NCBI GenBank assembly: GCA_031763465.1
Contig: JARFOE010000233.1
Span: 960,733 to 1,009,147 of the forward strand
Length of the DNA stretch: 48,415 bases
Source: Squatina squatina
Lineage: Eukaryota
Direction of reading: 5' to 3'
Shown here: one piece after another, positions 36,334-48,415 of the stretch
Position numbering within the stretch: the first letter of the stretch is position 1
Layout: the number at the start of each line of letters is the position of its first letter
Made by a program: the position numbers and the translations under genes
Notes under the pieces: model-generated
Database searches by the model: none
Told to the model about the DNA's origin: nothing
The model's input: only the letters and a program-made list of their open reading frames with translations

Positions 36334-37844
36334 TAGCTTTGAAGCTGGTAGGACATAGTGGCAGCCGTGTATCAGCTCTGCTGCTGACACCTGATTTAAG
36401 TTGCTGAAATTCAGCTGTTCTTTAAATAGGAATGTTTCAAAATGACAACTGATTTATAGCTCTCTCTAACAATAAGTATACACATGAGGTTTCATTTAGT
36501 CATTGCTGGTGTATACACCCCTAATGCTATCACTCGCCTTCTGATGTGTTTAAACAGCTGAATATTGCTGGAACAATTTGTTCTAATTTTGTAACTACAT
36601 TTATTTTCAGAATGGATTTGTTCCCATAGTCGTAAAAGATCGTGACCTTTAATCAATGTGACACCATTGTGGCTTGGAGCTCAAGTCTACTAAATTGTAT
36701 TAAATTTCTAATCTACTTAAACAATTCTGAAAAATGCAGGCACTGATCCTTTAAGATTTGATTCTGCAACCACAGCATTGTTTGATGTTGCACAATAACT
36801 CATAACTTGTTATTTGTAAGAATAATTTGATCCATGCAATGCTGTAGCTGTAATATTGATTTCTAGCTCCCCATCATGTCAGTGCCTTCCTTTGCATCTG
36901 TCACATTATTTAGTAGCAGGGTAAGGTTCACTGCCTTTACAGCCATGCTGATTGTTATTGTTCTATCCCCAGGTGGTGTCATGACCTCTTTGAATTGCAT
37001 TAGCAAATCTAATTCCTTTGTTATCAGTAATTGCTAAGCCATTTAATTTATACATATTCATGTCACTGCAAAATACAATTAGCCACAAAAATACATCAGA
37101 TGTTTGAATATACAAGCTTTTACTGGTGGTACTCGAATTTTTGTGATGCTGTATAAGAACAATGAATAATATGCTGAGAACATTGTATTGCTTAAAATGA
37201 CAAAACTATGCCACAAATTTAAAAAAAAAACTTACGGGGCCCAATTGGTTAGTTGGCGCAGGTGCTGANNNNNNNNNNNNNNNNNNNNNNNNNNNNNNNN
37301 NNNNNNNNNNNNNNNNNNNNNNNNNNNNNNNNNNNNNNNNNNNNNNNNNNNNNNNNNNNNNNNNNNNNTGGAAATGATTCAGCAATGGCCGCATCTGTTT
37401 GATACAGTAGGTAAGTTGACGTGCTATTATCATAAATTTAAATATTAATTAAAACACTGTCCTCAGGGGACAGTCCACCTTTAGTAAGTCTGAATCACAT
37501 CCTTACAAAATATTGAGCAACATGAGTAAATTACCATTCAGGCTTCAAGATTCTCTATGAAGATAATATGCCTAATTATTGACATTCATGTCATATCATG
37601 TACAATTTGGAACTTCTACACTCCAGACTGATTGTAGTCGGTCCCTGGGGTACTGAGTATGCTACAACTTGCAATCTAACTCAAACAATCTAACTCAAAT
37701 AACATTTAAACACTGCGTTTCCGCCAAGCTTTAAAGTTTTAAATATACCGAAAACTACAGCCCCAGTTTTGCGAGAGGGGCAAAAATGAGGTTATGCTGA
37801 CCTACAGTTCAGATTCATCCACTTTTGTGATTCTGTCGCAAATT

Positions 37845-39335
37845 GTCTTGTGAAGTGGATGTGGTAAAGACAGAACTCATTCTATATGTGGAAGTAAGCC
37901 TGAGGGTTGGGAGCATTTTAGAATTCAGTAAAGGAAGACCAAGAAATTGATTAAGAAATGGAAAATAGAATATGGGGGTAAACTAGCGAGAAACATAANN
38001 NNNNNNNNNNNNNNNNNNNNNNNNNNNNNNNNNNNNNNNNNNNNNNNNNNNNNNNNNNNNNNNNNNNNNNNNNNNNNNNNNNNNNNNNNNNNNNNNNNAG
38101 ACCAGGAATAAAAGTTCTCAATTGGGGAAAAGCCAATTTTACTAAGCTGAGATGTGATTTAGCCAAAGTGGACTGGAAACAGCTATTTGAAGGTAAACCA
38201 TGTCAGGGCAGAGAGGGGCATTCAAGGAGGAGATAGCGAGGGTTCAGGACAAATATGTTCCCACAAAGAAAATGGATGGGACTCCCAAATCTAGAGCCCC
38301 TTGGATGTCAAGCAGCATACAGGGTAGGATAAGGAAAAAGAGGGATGCTTTTGTCAGATACTGAGAGCTCAATACTACAGAAAGCCGAGAGGTGTATATA
38401 AAATGCAGGGTTGAAATTAAAAAGGAAACTAGGAAAGCAAAGAGAGGACATGAAAAATATTGGCAAGTAAAATCAAGGAAAACCCAAAGATGTTTTATAA
38501 ATACATAAAAGAGCAAGAAAATAACTAAGGAGAGAGTATGGCCTGTTAACCTATGTGTGGAGGCGGAAAACATGGGTATGGTTCTTAACGAATACTTTGC
38601 ATCTGTCTTCAGAGAAGAAAGAGATGATGCAGACATTGTAGTTAAGGAGGAGAAGTATGAAATATTAAATTGGACAAATAGAGAGGAAGTATCAAGAGGT
38701 TTTGCATCTTTGAAAATAGATAAATCACCAGGTCCGGATGAAATGTATCCCATGAAATGTTGAGAGAAGCAAGGGAAGAAATAGTGGAGGCTCTGACCAT
38801 CATTTTCCAATCCTCTCTGGCTACAAGCGTAATGCCAGAGGACTGTTAACATTGTTCCATTGTTTAAAAAGGGAGAAAGGGATAGACCAATAATTACAGG
38901 CCAGTCAGCCAACCTCAGTAGTGAAAGAAAGATTTGCATTTAGATAGCGCCTTCAGGGCCACCAGATGTCTCAGAGCACTTTATAGCCAATGAAGTACTT
39001 ATGGAGTTTAGTCACTGTTGTAATGTGGGCAAATTATTGGAATAAATTCTGAGGGACAGTATAAACCATCCTTCAGAAAGGCACAGATTAATCAAGGACA
39101 GGCAGCATGGATTTGTTAAGAGAAGGTCATGTCTGACAAACTTGATTGAATTCTTTGAGGAGATAACAAGGAGGGTTCTTGAGGGCAGAGCATTTGGTCT
39201 GCATGGATTTCAGCAAGGTTTTTGATAAGGTCCCACATGGCAGACTAGTCAGGAAAGTAAAAGCCCATGGGATCCAAGGCAAAGTGGCAAGTTGGTTCCA
39301 GTATTGTCTCAGAGGCAGGAAGCAAACGGCAACGA
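37845..39335 (+). mobile_element. Degenerate CR1 LINE ORF2 (linker and start of RT), spanning one gap
   Basis: LNEYFASVF, KSPGPDEMYP, LFKKGE...NYRPVS and MDFSKVFDKVPHGRL motifs with stops and frameshifts. Confidence 0.9.
38924..39024 (-). mobile_element. DeuSINE-like tail inserted antisense inside the CR1
   Basis: Homologous to 2792-2883. Interrupts acctcagtagtg|ggcaaattattgg, with gtg present on both sides. Confidence 0.75.
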
Positions 39336-39344
39336 TCAACACAT

Positions 39345-39480
39345 CCAGAAGCGAAATACTGCGGATGCTGGAATCCAGAATACAAACAAAAAAAGCTGGA
39401 AAAACTCAGCAGTTCAGGCAGCATCTGTAGAAAGAAAAACAGAGTCAACGTTTCGGGTCGATGATCCTTCGTCAGAACTG
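39345..39480 (-). mobile_element. Penelope-type terminal repeat
   Basis: aaatactgcggatgctgga...gcagcatctgtagaaagaaaaacagagtcaacgtttcggg... Other copies in the window. Carries a hammerhead core. Confidence 0.7.
39440..39480 (-). ncRNA. Minimal type I hammerhead ribozyme motif
   Basis: Minus strand reads cagtt CTGACGA a ggatc atc gaccc GAAA c GTT gactctg. It has both conserved core boxes, stem II with one mismatch, a loop-less palindromic stem III (AACGTT) and a short stem I. Confidence 0.6.
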
Positions 39481-42400
39481 AAAAAAGCGGTCTCGACCGC
39501 CAAGCATGTCTGAGTAACCCCTGGATTCCGCCCGCCCGCCCCCACCCAGTCAACCCCTTTTCTTACCCAAGAATTACCACCTAGCCNNNNNNNNNNNNNN
39601 NNNNNNNNNNNNNNNNNNNNNNNNNNNNNNNNNNNNNNNNNNNNNNNNNNNNNNNNNNNNNNNNNNNNNNNNNNNNNNNNNNNNNNAGAAGAAAATAAAA
39701 GACATGGAGAAGCTGAGGACAGAGAGGGTAGCAAACAGAAGAATTAAGTTGAGAGAAGCAGCAGAGAAGAGAAAGGGAGAGCCAGATGGGAACAATGACA
39801 ATGATCAACATCAGAGGCCAGTAATAAAGTGGCCCTTATTCTCTGGCTTACTAACTGCACTGCCATGGGAGATTGTCTTGTGTGTGTATATATATTTATT
39901 ATAATAAAACTAGTTGTTACAAGTGACAATTGACTCTTGAATTGTACACAACTCTTGACTCATGTGCCTAAAATGAACCTCACACTTTATTAATTTTTGA
40001 CTACAACCACATGGGAGAGCTGTCATTATAAAACTGCAGCAGAGATCCTTTTAAATTTGGGGCACAGCAGTAGGTGATGGATAAAAGACTACAATGCGCA
40101 AAGTGGTGACATGGATTATAAGCATGAGGCATACCCATTAAGCACAAGAAGACACTGGAAAATTGGTAAATGAAACCATTCATGTTAACTGGAACTACTT
40201 GTCACAGTCTTCCACCCTCCTTACCCATCATCTTCAAAACAATTAAGGGATATGACAAACTTTAACAAACTTAATCTCCTCCAACCAATTTCAATAATGA
40301 TTTATTTTGTATGTTACTCACATGATTAAATTATAGGAAATGATTATCAGCCAGTAACACTATTGGAGTTCAGAATGCGGTGCAGTTCATAGCTCCAGAT
40401 AATTCTCTGGAGAATGATGGAGTCATGATCAAAATACATCACATTTTGAATGCTGATCTGGCTCTTCCATTATTAATGATGTGTGAACAGAAGAAATCAA
40501 AAGAGCCATATTTTTCCCAACTCTTAATCCAAGCAGCAGTGTCTGTTCTACTAATATAAGGCAAGAGTTATGCATTATATGCCATATGCCATCTCAATAC
40601 CACTATGAGGGAAAGGGGAGAGGAGCAGAAGGTTGGGGAAGAGGATGTGAAAGAGGTGGAGGACTGCGAGGCAAGGGGAAAAGGTGGCATCTCTACTCAG
40701 GGTTGGGTTCAATGTCATCTCAAGGTGAGCTATGTGGTAGGCTTCCCTTCCTTCCCTAGGCCTGGATTATCTACTCTTCTGAAGGTGGAGGGGAGAAGGT
40801 CCCCTTTTCCACCAGCGAGCCCTCAAATTTTCTCTCAGTAAAGGGTCAGGGGGTTATTATGAGACACACCCCTTCCATACAATATGTTCTTAATGGGGTG
40901 AATTGAGGGNNNNNNNNNNNNNNNNNNNNNNNNNNNNNNNNNNNNNNNNNNNNNNNNNNNNNNNNNNNNNNNNNNNNNNNNNNNNNNNNNNNNNNNNNNN
41001 NNNNNNNNNCTCATTGATTTTCCAGCAGAAAGCAGATATTAGCTTACCAAGGCGAACATCAACAGATGGTTTGAAATATAATCATCGCCATAATGTTTTC
41101 ATTGTAGGACCAAAATTTAAAACTGCTGGCCATGGAAGTCAAGATTTCTTTCTCACCCCTGCCCTGCAAATTTCCCTCTATCAAGTTGGTAAAGTTGCAG
41201 ATTATTTATATTTTCATTTGTATTTTTCTCTTCCTCTCCTGAAAGATTTGACTAATGCAGAGATTAGTTCCATGGCATTTGTTAAGCTAATCTTCCATGG
41301 GACATTATGGCTCAACATTCGCACAGTAACCCCAGCCCCAGGATACTGGGGCCAATTCTAATATCTCCACTGTTACCCTAGCTAAAATGAGTTAAATCAA
41401 ATTCCAAGAATTAAAGCCAGGACCTGCATGGCCTGTATAGCTCAGTAGTGAACTCGACAGTGTGCTAGCCAACTGCACCATTGGGCAGCTCCTGAATTAT
41501 CTTTTAATTCTGTCATATTTGTCAGTTCCACTTCCGAGCTAAGTTTAGATCTGTGGTTCAGATATGGCAATTATTTTCCAGAAAATAGCATTCTACTTTT
41601 TAATGTATACAGATGTAAATTTAAAAAGAAATGAAACAGAGATTAGAGTTCCTGTCTGCTTTTGCTGTGTCTTATTCCCTTTAATTTTCTTTTGTGAGGT
41701 ATTATTTTCCAGTTACAAGATATCCTAGATTGTTAGAACATGTCTATTTTTGTTTACAGATCTCAATCTGCAGTGTCTGGGGGTCTTGTGGCTTGTTTGA
41801 TTTAATTAAAGGAACTGGCTCTTTTGTGTGCACTTAGCCTTCCTCTTGTCCACTTGAACATTATTACATGAGGCCTCTGGACTGTGAATCACAGGTCATC
41901 AGCAGCTTCCGTGTTAAATGAAGATTTAACTGGATTGAAAAAGAAGAGGCCTTAGCAGTTTAGCGAAATTCACTTCATCTGGTAGCCAGCTATGTTAACA
42001 ATTATGTCACATGTTTGTACATTTACCGGATGAAAGGAGCCCCTGAGGGGATATGGAAATGCATTTTCACAGAAATCACCCTTTGCATGCCTCATGTCTC
42101 TTTTAGTTATTCCAATCCAAAAGAAACATTTTTAATGTATGAACCATGATTTTGAGACCAAAATAATATCTGTCTGTTGGGCTCTGTGGGTCCCATATTA
42201 AGATTTTTTTCATTCTCATCTTCTACAGAGTCAGCACAGTATGCCATTCAGAAAGGATAATATTGTCTGCATAAGTAATCAGGGCAGTTTTACTCGGCTC
42301 AATATTTTAACATTCCAGGAATCATTATTTTGGCTTGCTACTGCTGGAATTTGAACAGAATTAATATTTCCCACTGTGAGTGTGAAGTGGATTCTTTGGG

Positions 42401-45400
42401 GTGTAGCGATACGGAAATAGTGTAGTTTTAACAAAAGCTGCCTGATGCAGAATTTAATTTGATCTGGCTTTAAGAATCCAGGACAGGAGGTGCAGTTAAT
42501 TAAAACTAAGGAGGAAATATTAACTATTCAGTCCCAGTTCAGACTGGCACTTTCTCTTCACATACAAACAGAAATTGTTAAAAACAAAAATTACAGTAAT
42601 ATTTATGAGTAAAGCTCTTACTGGTGGGTTATTATGGATGTATGAGCTAGATGGGCTAAAGGGCCTTCCTCATCTTTGTGAAGCTTTGAATGAATTTCAC
42701 CCCATTATCCTTATGTTGTAAGCAGCAGAATGTTATAATTTTGAGTCCTCATGAACAGCCTGGTTTGTATTTGTAATCCTAAAACTACAATGATGTCCTT
42801 GACAGAAAAAAAAAGCACATTGATCACTGGACAATTAAGGAATGCTGATCTGCAACATGAGAGACTGAGGAATTGAAAACCTTCCAAACCTGTCTCTTTC
42901 TCATAGATAACCCCCACTTAGCTGCCATCTCACAATATGCCTCGATTGTTCTGTCTCTCTAGTGAACACATATCGGATCCTCCAGCGCTCGTTTATACAA
43001 TTTGCTTGCTGTGGTTATTTTTGCTGTTTAAAAATACATATTTTTCACAACATTAGTTTTTTCCAGCTGGTAAAAGTTGCTAAAAGCTCCATTGTATAAA
43101 ATAACTATACGTATAGAATTCACAATTATTTTCCCTCATCACCTGTCCTCTTCTCTTTTCTCCACCCTTTCCCTCAAGCCCACTGAATTTAGAGATCAGA
43201 ATGAAGGGTTATGGGAAAGCATAATAAATCTACTTTCTTTTAACAATCTACCACTTACAAGCCAATTCTGGCTTTGATTTTTTTTTTGTTATTGGGCACT
43301 GTCGTCGTTGGAGAGGGACAGGAACCTTGTCCCAGTGTTGTATATGGGCATTTTCACAACACAGAAATGCATGTTGTTGTAAATCGTATTGAGTGTTTGT
43401 GACACATTTTCTTCATTTAAGTTCATTTTGGGGGAGGGGAAAAGGGAATCCTACTTATTAATAACAGGATTTGATGATAAAGTTCAGATAATGCTTCACC
43501 TGATCTAAGATTAGAATCAGATGTATGAAACTATTTCCTAATCACACTTCTTGCATTAAAATCAAACTCCAAACATAACTCAAATAGAAAATCTTGATGT
43601 AAATATATAATTTTCCACAATTGCATTGTTTTTAATGTTTGCCATACTGAAACTGGTCCAATTTAGAGAACAGCAAATTTTAAACCTCTAAGCACTGTTA
43701 TAAAAAAATATGTTTCTGTTTAGTGTTTTCTGTTATTTTCGGTCATTGATTTGATATACTGAATGAATTATTAACTCGGCTGTGGTACAAAGATGTGCAA
43801 AATCAAGATATTTTTAACTGCAATTTAGAGAATTCCTGACTGAAGTGCAACATTCTTGACAAACTAGTTATGTGTCTATGGTATTGTATTTGCTTTTTGA
43901 TTGAAGCTTTGGAATACAGCATGTGTGCCTGTCACATTTGGTATGTTTTAGAATGTTTGGTTGTTATAGAGCATTATGACTTGAGAAAGGTCAACTTGCC
44001 ATGTATAACAAGAAAGCTCACTTTGTCATTCTGAGTGAGGAAGTAATTTGCATTCAAAGAATTTTTATTAATCACAAACACCTCTGCACATTATAAGGAG
44101 TAAAGGATTAATGTTCCTTATTCTGCTCTGGCAATTTGAAAATGGTTACCACATGTCGTGATTCTTCTGTTTTCATGGCAACCTTCTACTTGCTTTGAAG
44201 ATAACTAGTTTCAATTTGTTGATGGTATTATGAATCCAACAACTTTGAGAGCTATCGTGAAGATGCATTCAAATGATACAATCGGTGGCATATTTTCATA
44301 AACCACATATGCTTGTGGTAAATCAGGCAAAGACATGCAAATATAATATATGAAAGAATAAGTTGTGTTGTTTAAAGTTCTTCACATCTTCAGCCAACAA
44401 CAGCAGCTGTTTTCCTTTCCTTTCTGAGCAGGGCTCTGGTTATTCAACTGTGTTTTTTGGCTTTTTTTCAAAACAACTAGGAATAACACACCTGTCAGCA
44501 CTTGGCAAACTNNNNNNNNNNNNNNNNNNNNNNNNNNNNNNNNNNNNNNNNNNNNNNNNNNNNNNNNNNNNNNNNNNNNNNNNNNNNNNNNNNNNNNNNN
44601 NNNNNNNNNNNCTGTATACGATTAGCTTGTCACAACTGATTTTATTTTCCATATTTTCCCATATAGCATCTAATGAATGGAGGCAGAATGAGATCTTTTA
44701 AATTGGCATTACAAAACTGTTTGTGGCAAGTTTGGATTCTCTTTTTTGACCATGAATAGGTCTGAGTCAAGAATGCATTACACATTTCGGAAGTCAAGCA
44801 CAGTATTTAAGTACTAACATATTTAGGCATGCCTATTGTCAGATATCAGGACCAGCATAGCTAAGGGCAAGACAGAATTCTAAAACTGGTCACAACAGTG
44901 CTCAACTCTGTTCAACTGGATGTTTTTGTCTTCTTCAGGATCATTATGAACATCTTAAGGAAACAATAAAATAATAAACCAAATTTAACTTGGAAATAAT
45001 GAGTGCAATCCTATTCACTCCCAGCATCTAAAAACCAGAAAGTTCAGAACTTGAACCATGAGTATAGTTTAAAAAGCTTTGTGATTTTTTTTAGCAATAT
45101 AAACTTATTAGTTTTATATCAAATAAAACTATAATCCAACATTACTTTTTTAAATAGGGTTCTTTGATAAGCTAATATAGGTATATTAAACAGACAACAT
45201 GGGGAATACACTTTGGCTATGAGACTTTTAAAGGCTTATTGCACTGTTTATGGACTATAAACCAGAATAAAGCTGACATCCAACCATATGTTGACACAGT
45301 AATCAAAACCTGAATGAATCTCTGGCCAGTCATGAATTACTTACTTACTATGACACTAGCAAGGCTGACAGTTCAATCACAACGCTTTTTTTTTAATGGT

Positions 45401-48290
45401 GAATACTGTGTTTAAAGTGGTAATGCTGTTTCTTCCTCCAAATGACAGTAATGACAAATGGCTTTGAAGGAATGCATAACTTTGAACATGAAGATATAGG
45501 CTACCTGCTGGAAGCAGGGCTTCACGCAGCCAAGTGGCAATGATGAATAGAGTGATATTGCGTCTGACAAGTAGTAAAATAACTATTCATTCACTACAGA
45601 ACATCTGCAGTGCACGCTATTATACGTACAAAATAGGAGGAAGCAAGCCAGAGCAAGGAGAATGGATCTTTCTGTGCTTGTGAGAGTATAACTCTTGAAA
45701 AATTATTCATTTTAAATAAATAATATAGAGGTTTAATAACTTATGTCACACTTTGAGTTATGGGACCTCGGTTTACTAAATAATGTAGTGTCCTTTATAA
45801 ATTATTCATTGTTTTACGAGCAATACAATTTTCTGATACATAATCCTTTCCCAAGTGTCGAGTTTATTGCCTCAATCCAAGGGTTTTGTTACAACATTTT
45901 CTTATTAAGTTCTCAGCTCCTTGTTTTTGTATTTTATTTGTTCAACGTATGAGTGTATTACAGAGTAAATATAACATTTGCAACATCCTCCGATCCTCAT
46001 TGTAATATTGCTTGATGCCACGTTCAAAGCCTGGGACAGCAATCAGACAAGACTCTGCTGTAAAATTATTATATTTCGGGGAATATAAAATACCTAATAT
46101 CGTCCGCCCGGGCAAAATATTGTTTCCTTCTCCGGCCCCCGCCCCAGCTCTCTGCTTTCACAGTGATGGAGCGTTCGACATTGCTCATAAGCTCTTACAG
46201 AGAGTTGCTGCCAATTATCAGCTGGAAATGACGATTGCAAAGTAAGCACAGCCGATCCCGCTCTGTGTGACCCCTGGGGGCACAAAGGTAAACTTCCAAA
46301 CCGAGCATTGCATCAGAATCTCACTCAGATTATTCAGAGATTTCAGATCCATTCTCACTTCAAGGCGATTGGAACCTCGAATTTACCCTGTGCCTCTACA
46401 TTGTATAAAGCAAGAACGCTTCACAGCAAAAGTACCTTCGGAAAAAAAGAACAAATGTTCGACGAATGCAAGAAAGGNNNNNNNNNNNNNNNNNNNNNNN
46501 NNNNNNNNNNNNNNNNNNNNNNNNNNNNNNNNNNNNNNNNNNNNNNNNNNNNNNNNNNNNNNNNNNNNNNNNNNNNNCATACAAAGTGAAAGAGTTGTCA
46601 GATGACTGGTTTGCCATGTCAGGGAGGTGAATTCAGACATTCAGGCATGACAGGCATTCCACACTCGTTCAGTCAGCCATTGGAAGCCTTGAAACATTCT
46701 GCTCTGATTGTGGCAGCAATTCACTCACCACACAGCCGATTAATCTTTAATTCTTTGGCTTGTTTGTGAACAAAGAGTGAAGGTGCTGATTGTACAAGAA
46801 TAATAAAAATGTTAAAGCAATCTGACATATGTACAGCATTCTGCTTTGAGATGTGAGACTCAAGAAGGGTCAAAACACAGACTTCAGGTTTGCATAACAG
46901 CTTTAGATTCTTGTACACAATAAGGATTCCGGTGTCTATCAGCGAAGTCTAGTTAAGAATGAAGGGCAGTGGAGGATTGGCTGTAAATTTTACAGCATAT
47001 GAATTTGTGATTGAATGGTAATTGTTTGTGCTTGTGGAAGTAATGTGAAGATAAGGGCAACTTGGAAAAAGGATCCGCTTCCTCAAACCATATGTTCTGC
47101 ATCACATTTTGGCGCCAGCTTTCATCCTGTGAGTACATCATGTGTGTAGTTCAAGGATTTTTATAGCCTGGAAAAAGGGGCAGAGATCTGTAATGTCAGA
47201 ACTCCAATCCCTTTTGTGCATAGTGCATTGTAATAGTCAAATGATGTGGAAGAACACCTCCCACGTATTTTCTTTTAGTCTTTACACCTGATTCACGCTG
47301 CTTTCAAATTACACCGATATAAATAGGCATCCATGGTTGCGAGGTGCTGAGGTTAAAGGGCTTAGTAAGAGGATTTACACAAGTTTTGAAGGCCTGCTCA
47401 AATGGCCTGTTTTATACTCTTTTTGTGTGTTTCTCTGCTGGCATTTGAGCTCTCTTGACGCTCTGTGCCAACTGTTTTAATTTCCACACACCCTCCACCA
47501 TGGGAACCCCCTTATCTGAGGTGCTTGGGTGAAGAGGATCAATGAAGCAATACCAGGCCGGGCAGGGTGCATGAGGGCTGCTCTGTGAGCACCTGCCAGT
47601 ACTCGCACATCTGCGGGCAAAGATGAACATCGCTTGCTTCAGCAGATAATTAGTAAATGTGAAGGCTCAACTCTCAAGGTAGATTATGACAACAGGCCAA
47701 ATGGCATAAATACATATGAAAGCCTAACTATTATGCTGGATGGTTCTTCAGAAGTAAGCCAATCACAGCATCATTTACATGGCACTTCATGAAAGAGGCA
47801 GCACCAGGGTGACTATCAACCAGCAAAGCCTGACTGGCTATACCCATAAAGCCACCAACTATTTTTGTAGATACTGTTGCCTTCCTTCCTTAGGAGGGTG
47901 CACCTACCAGGCAACTGTCTTCACAAGGTCCTCCTCAGCAGTGACCTAGATGTAGACCTGCAGCATCTGTTGCACGAATGCCTGCTGTTAACATGCACCA
48001 TAGGGCTGCCACAGGCAGTGAGAGTGATGGTCAGACTGCCTCCACCTTCTTCCAGGCATGCTGCAATGCAGATTTAGGGTACCGTGCCATGGAGAGGGGT
48101 CAAGTGGTAGGCTGCTCTGTTACTTCCCTGCAAAATTATGCTAACATTTTGGGTTTCTTTCCCATGTACTTTCATTTTTGCTTGTCAGTTCTTAATCTCC
48201 TGCCCTTTCAGCATTGGCAAAGCTGGCTAATGGGCTGAGTTGCTTTGTGAGTCTTTCCAAAAGCTTTCAGAATTTGTGGCACCCTACTGT

Positions 48291-48395
48291 GAAATGTTAA
48301 CTCTGTTTCTCTCTCCACAGATGCTGCCTAACCTGCTGAGTATTTCCACATTCTGTTTTAATTTCAGATTCCAGCATCCGCAGTATTTTGCTTCT
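48291..48395 (+). mobile_element. Penelope-type terminal repeat fragment (3' half of hammerhead only)
   Basis: gaaatgttaactctgtttctctctccacagatgctgcc...ttccagcatccgcagtattttgc is the reverse-complement homologue of 39345-39455. Confidence 0.7.
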
Positions 48396-48415
48396 TTTTA
48401 AATGTTCATTTCTTT

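Noticed and set aside
38244-38939. 231-aa minus-strand ORF
   Set aside because: Antisense shadow of the purine-rich CR1 ORF2.
47877-48238. Short ORFs with moderate GC
   Set aside because: No recognisable domain or splice signals. Probably a decayed repeat.
1-48415. Prokaryotic systems (CRISPR arrays, operons, defence islands)
   Set aside because: The sequence is intron-containing vertebrate DNA with no regularly spaced repeat-spacer array or operon-like ORF density.

Overview
Eukaryotic vertebrate DNA, inferred to be from a cartilaginous fish (shark-type CR1 and RTE LINEs, a DeuSINE/SacSINE1-like SINE, Penelope-type repeats, GGG..CCC-ended foldback elements). The scaffold is very fragmented: 26 gaps of 100 N, five of about 10 N and one of 864 N. 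Distances are therefore unreliable and many exons are missing. Two genes are recognisable, arranged head-to-head as in other vertebrates. CEP120 lies on the minus strand (three complete exons plus one partial, about 9.9-15.8 kb). Casein kinase 1 gamma 3 (CSNK1G3) lies on the plus strand (about 16.9-30.4 kb) and includes its 96-nt cassette exon and 24-nt microexon. The most unusual structure is at 22576-23025. There, an intron-less, decayed copy of CSNK1G3 exons 3-4, split by a MITE with a 3-bp TSD, runs directly into exon 5, whose last 44 codons are intact and end at a normal GTAAG donor. It could be a cDNA recombined into its own parent gene or an assembly chimera. Other points of note: a minimal hammerhead ribozyme in a Penelope-type repeat, three GC-AG donors, a uORF cluster in the CSNK1G3 5'UTR, and nested transposons. 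Gene identifications rest on my recall of vertebrate orthologue sequences, not on database searches. Almost all ORFs in the supplied track are spurious.
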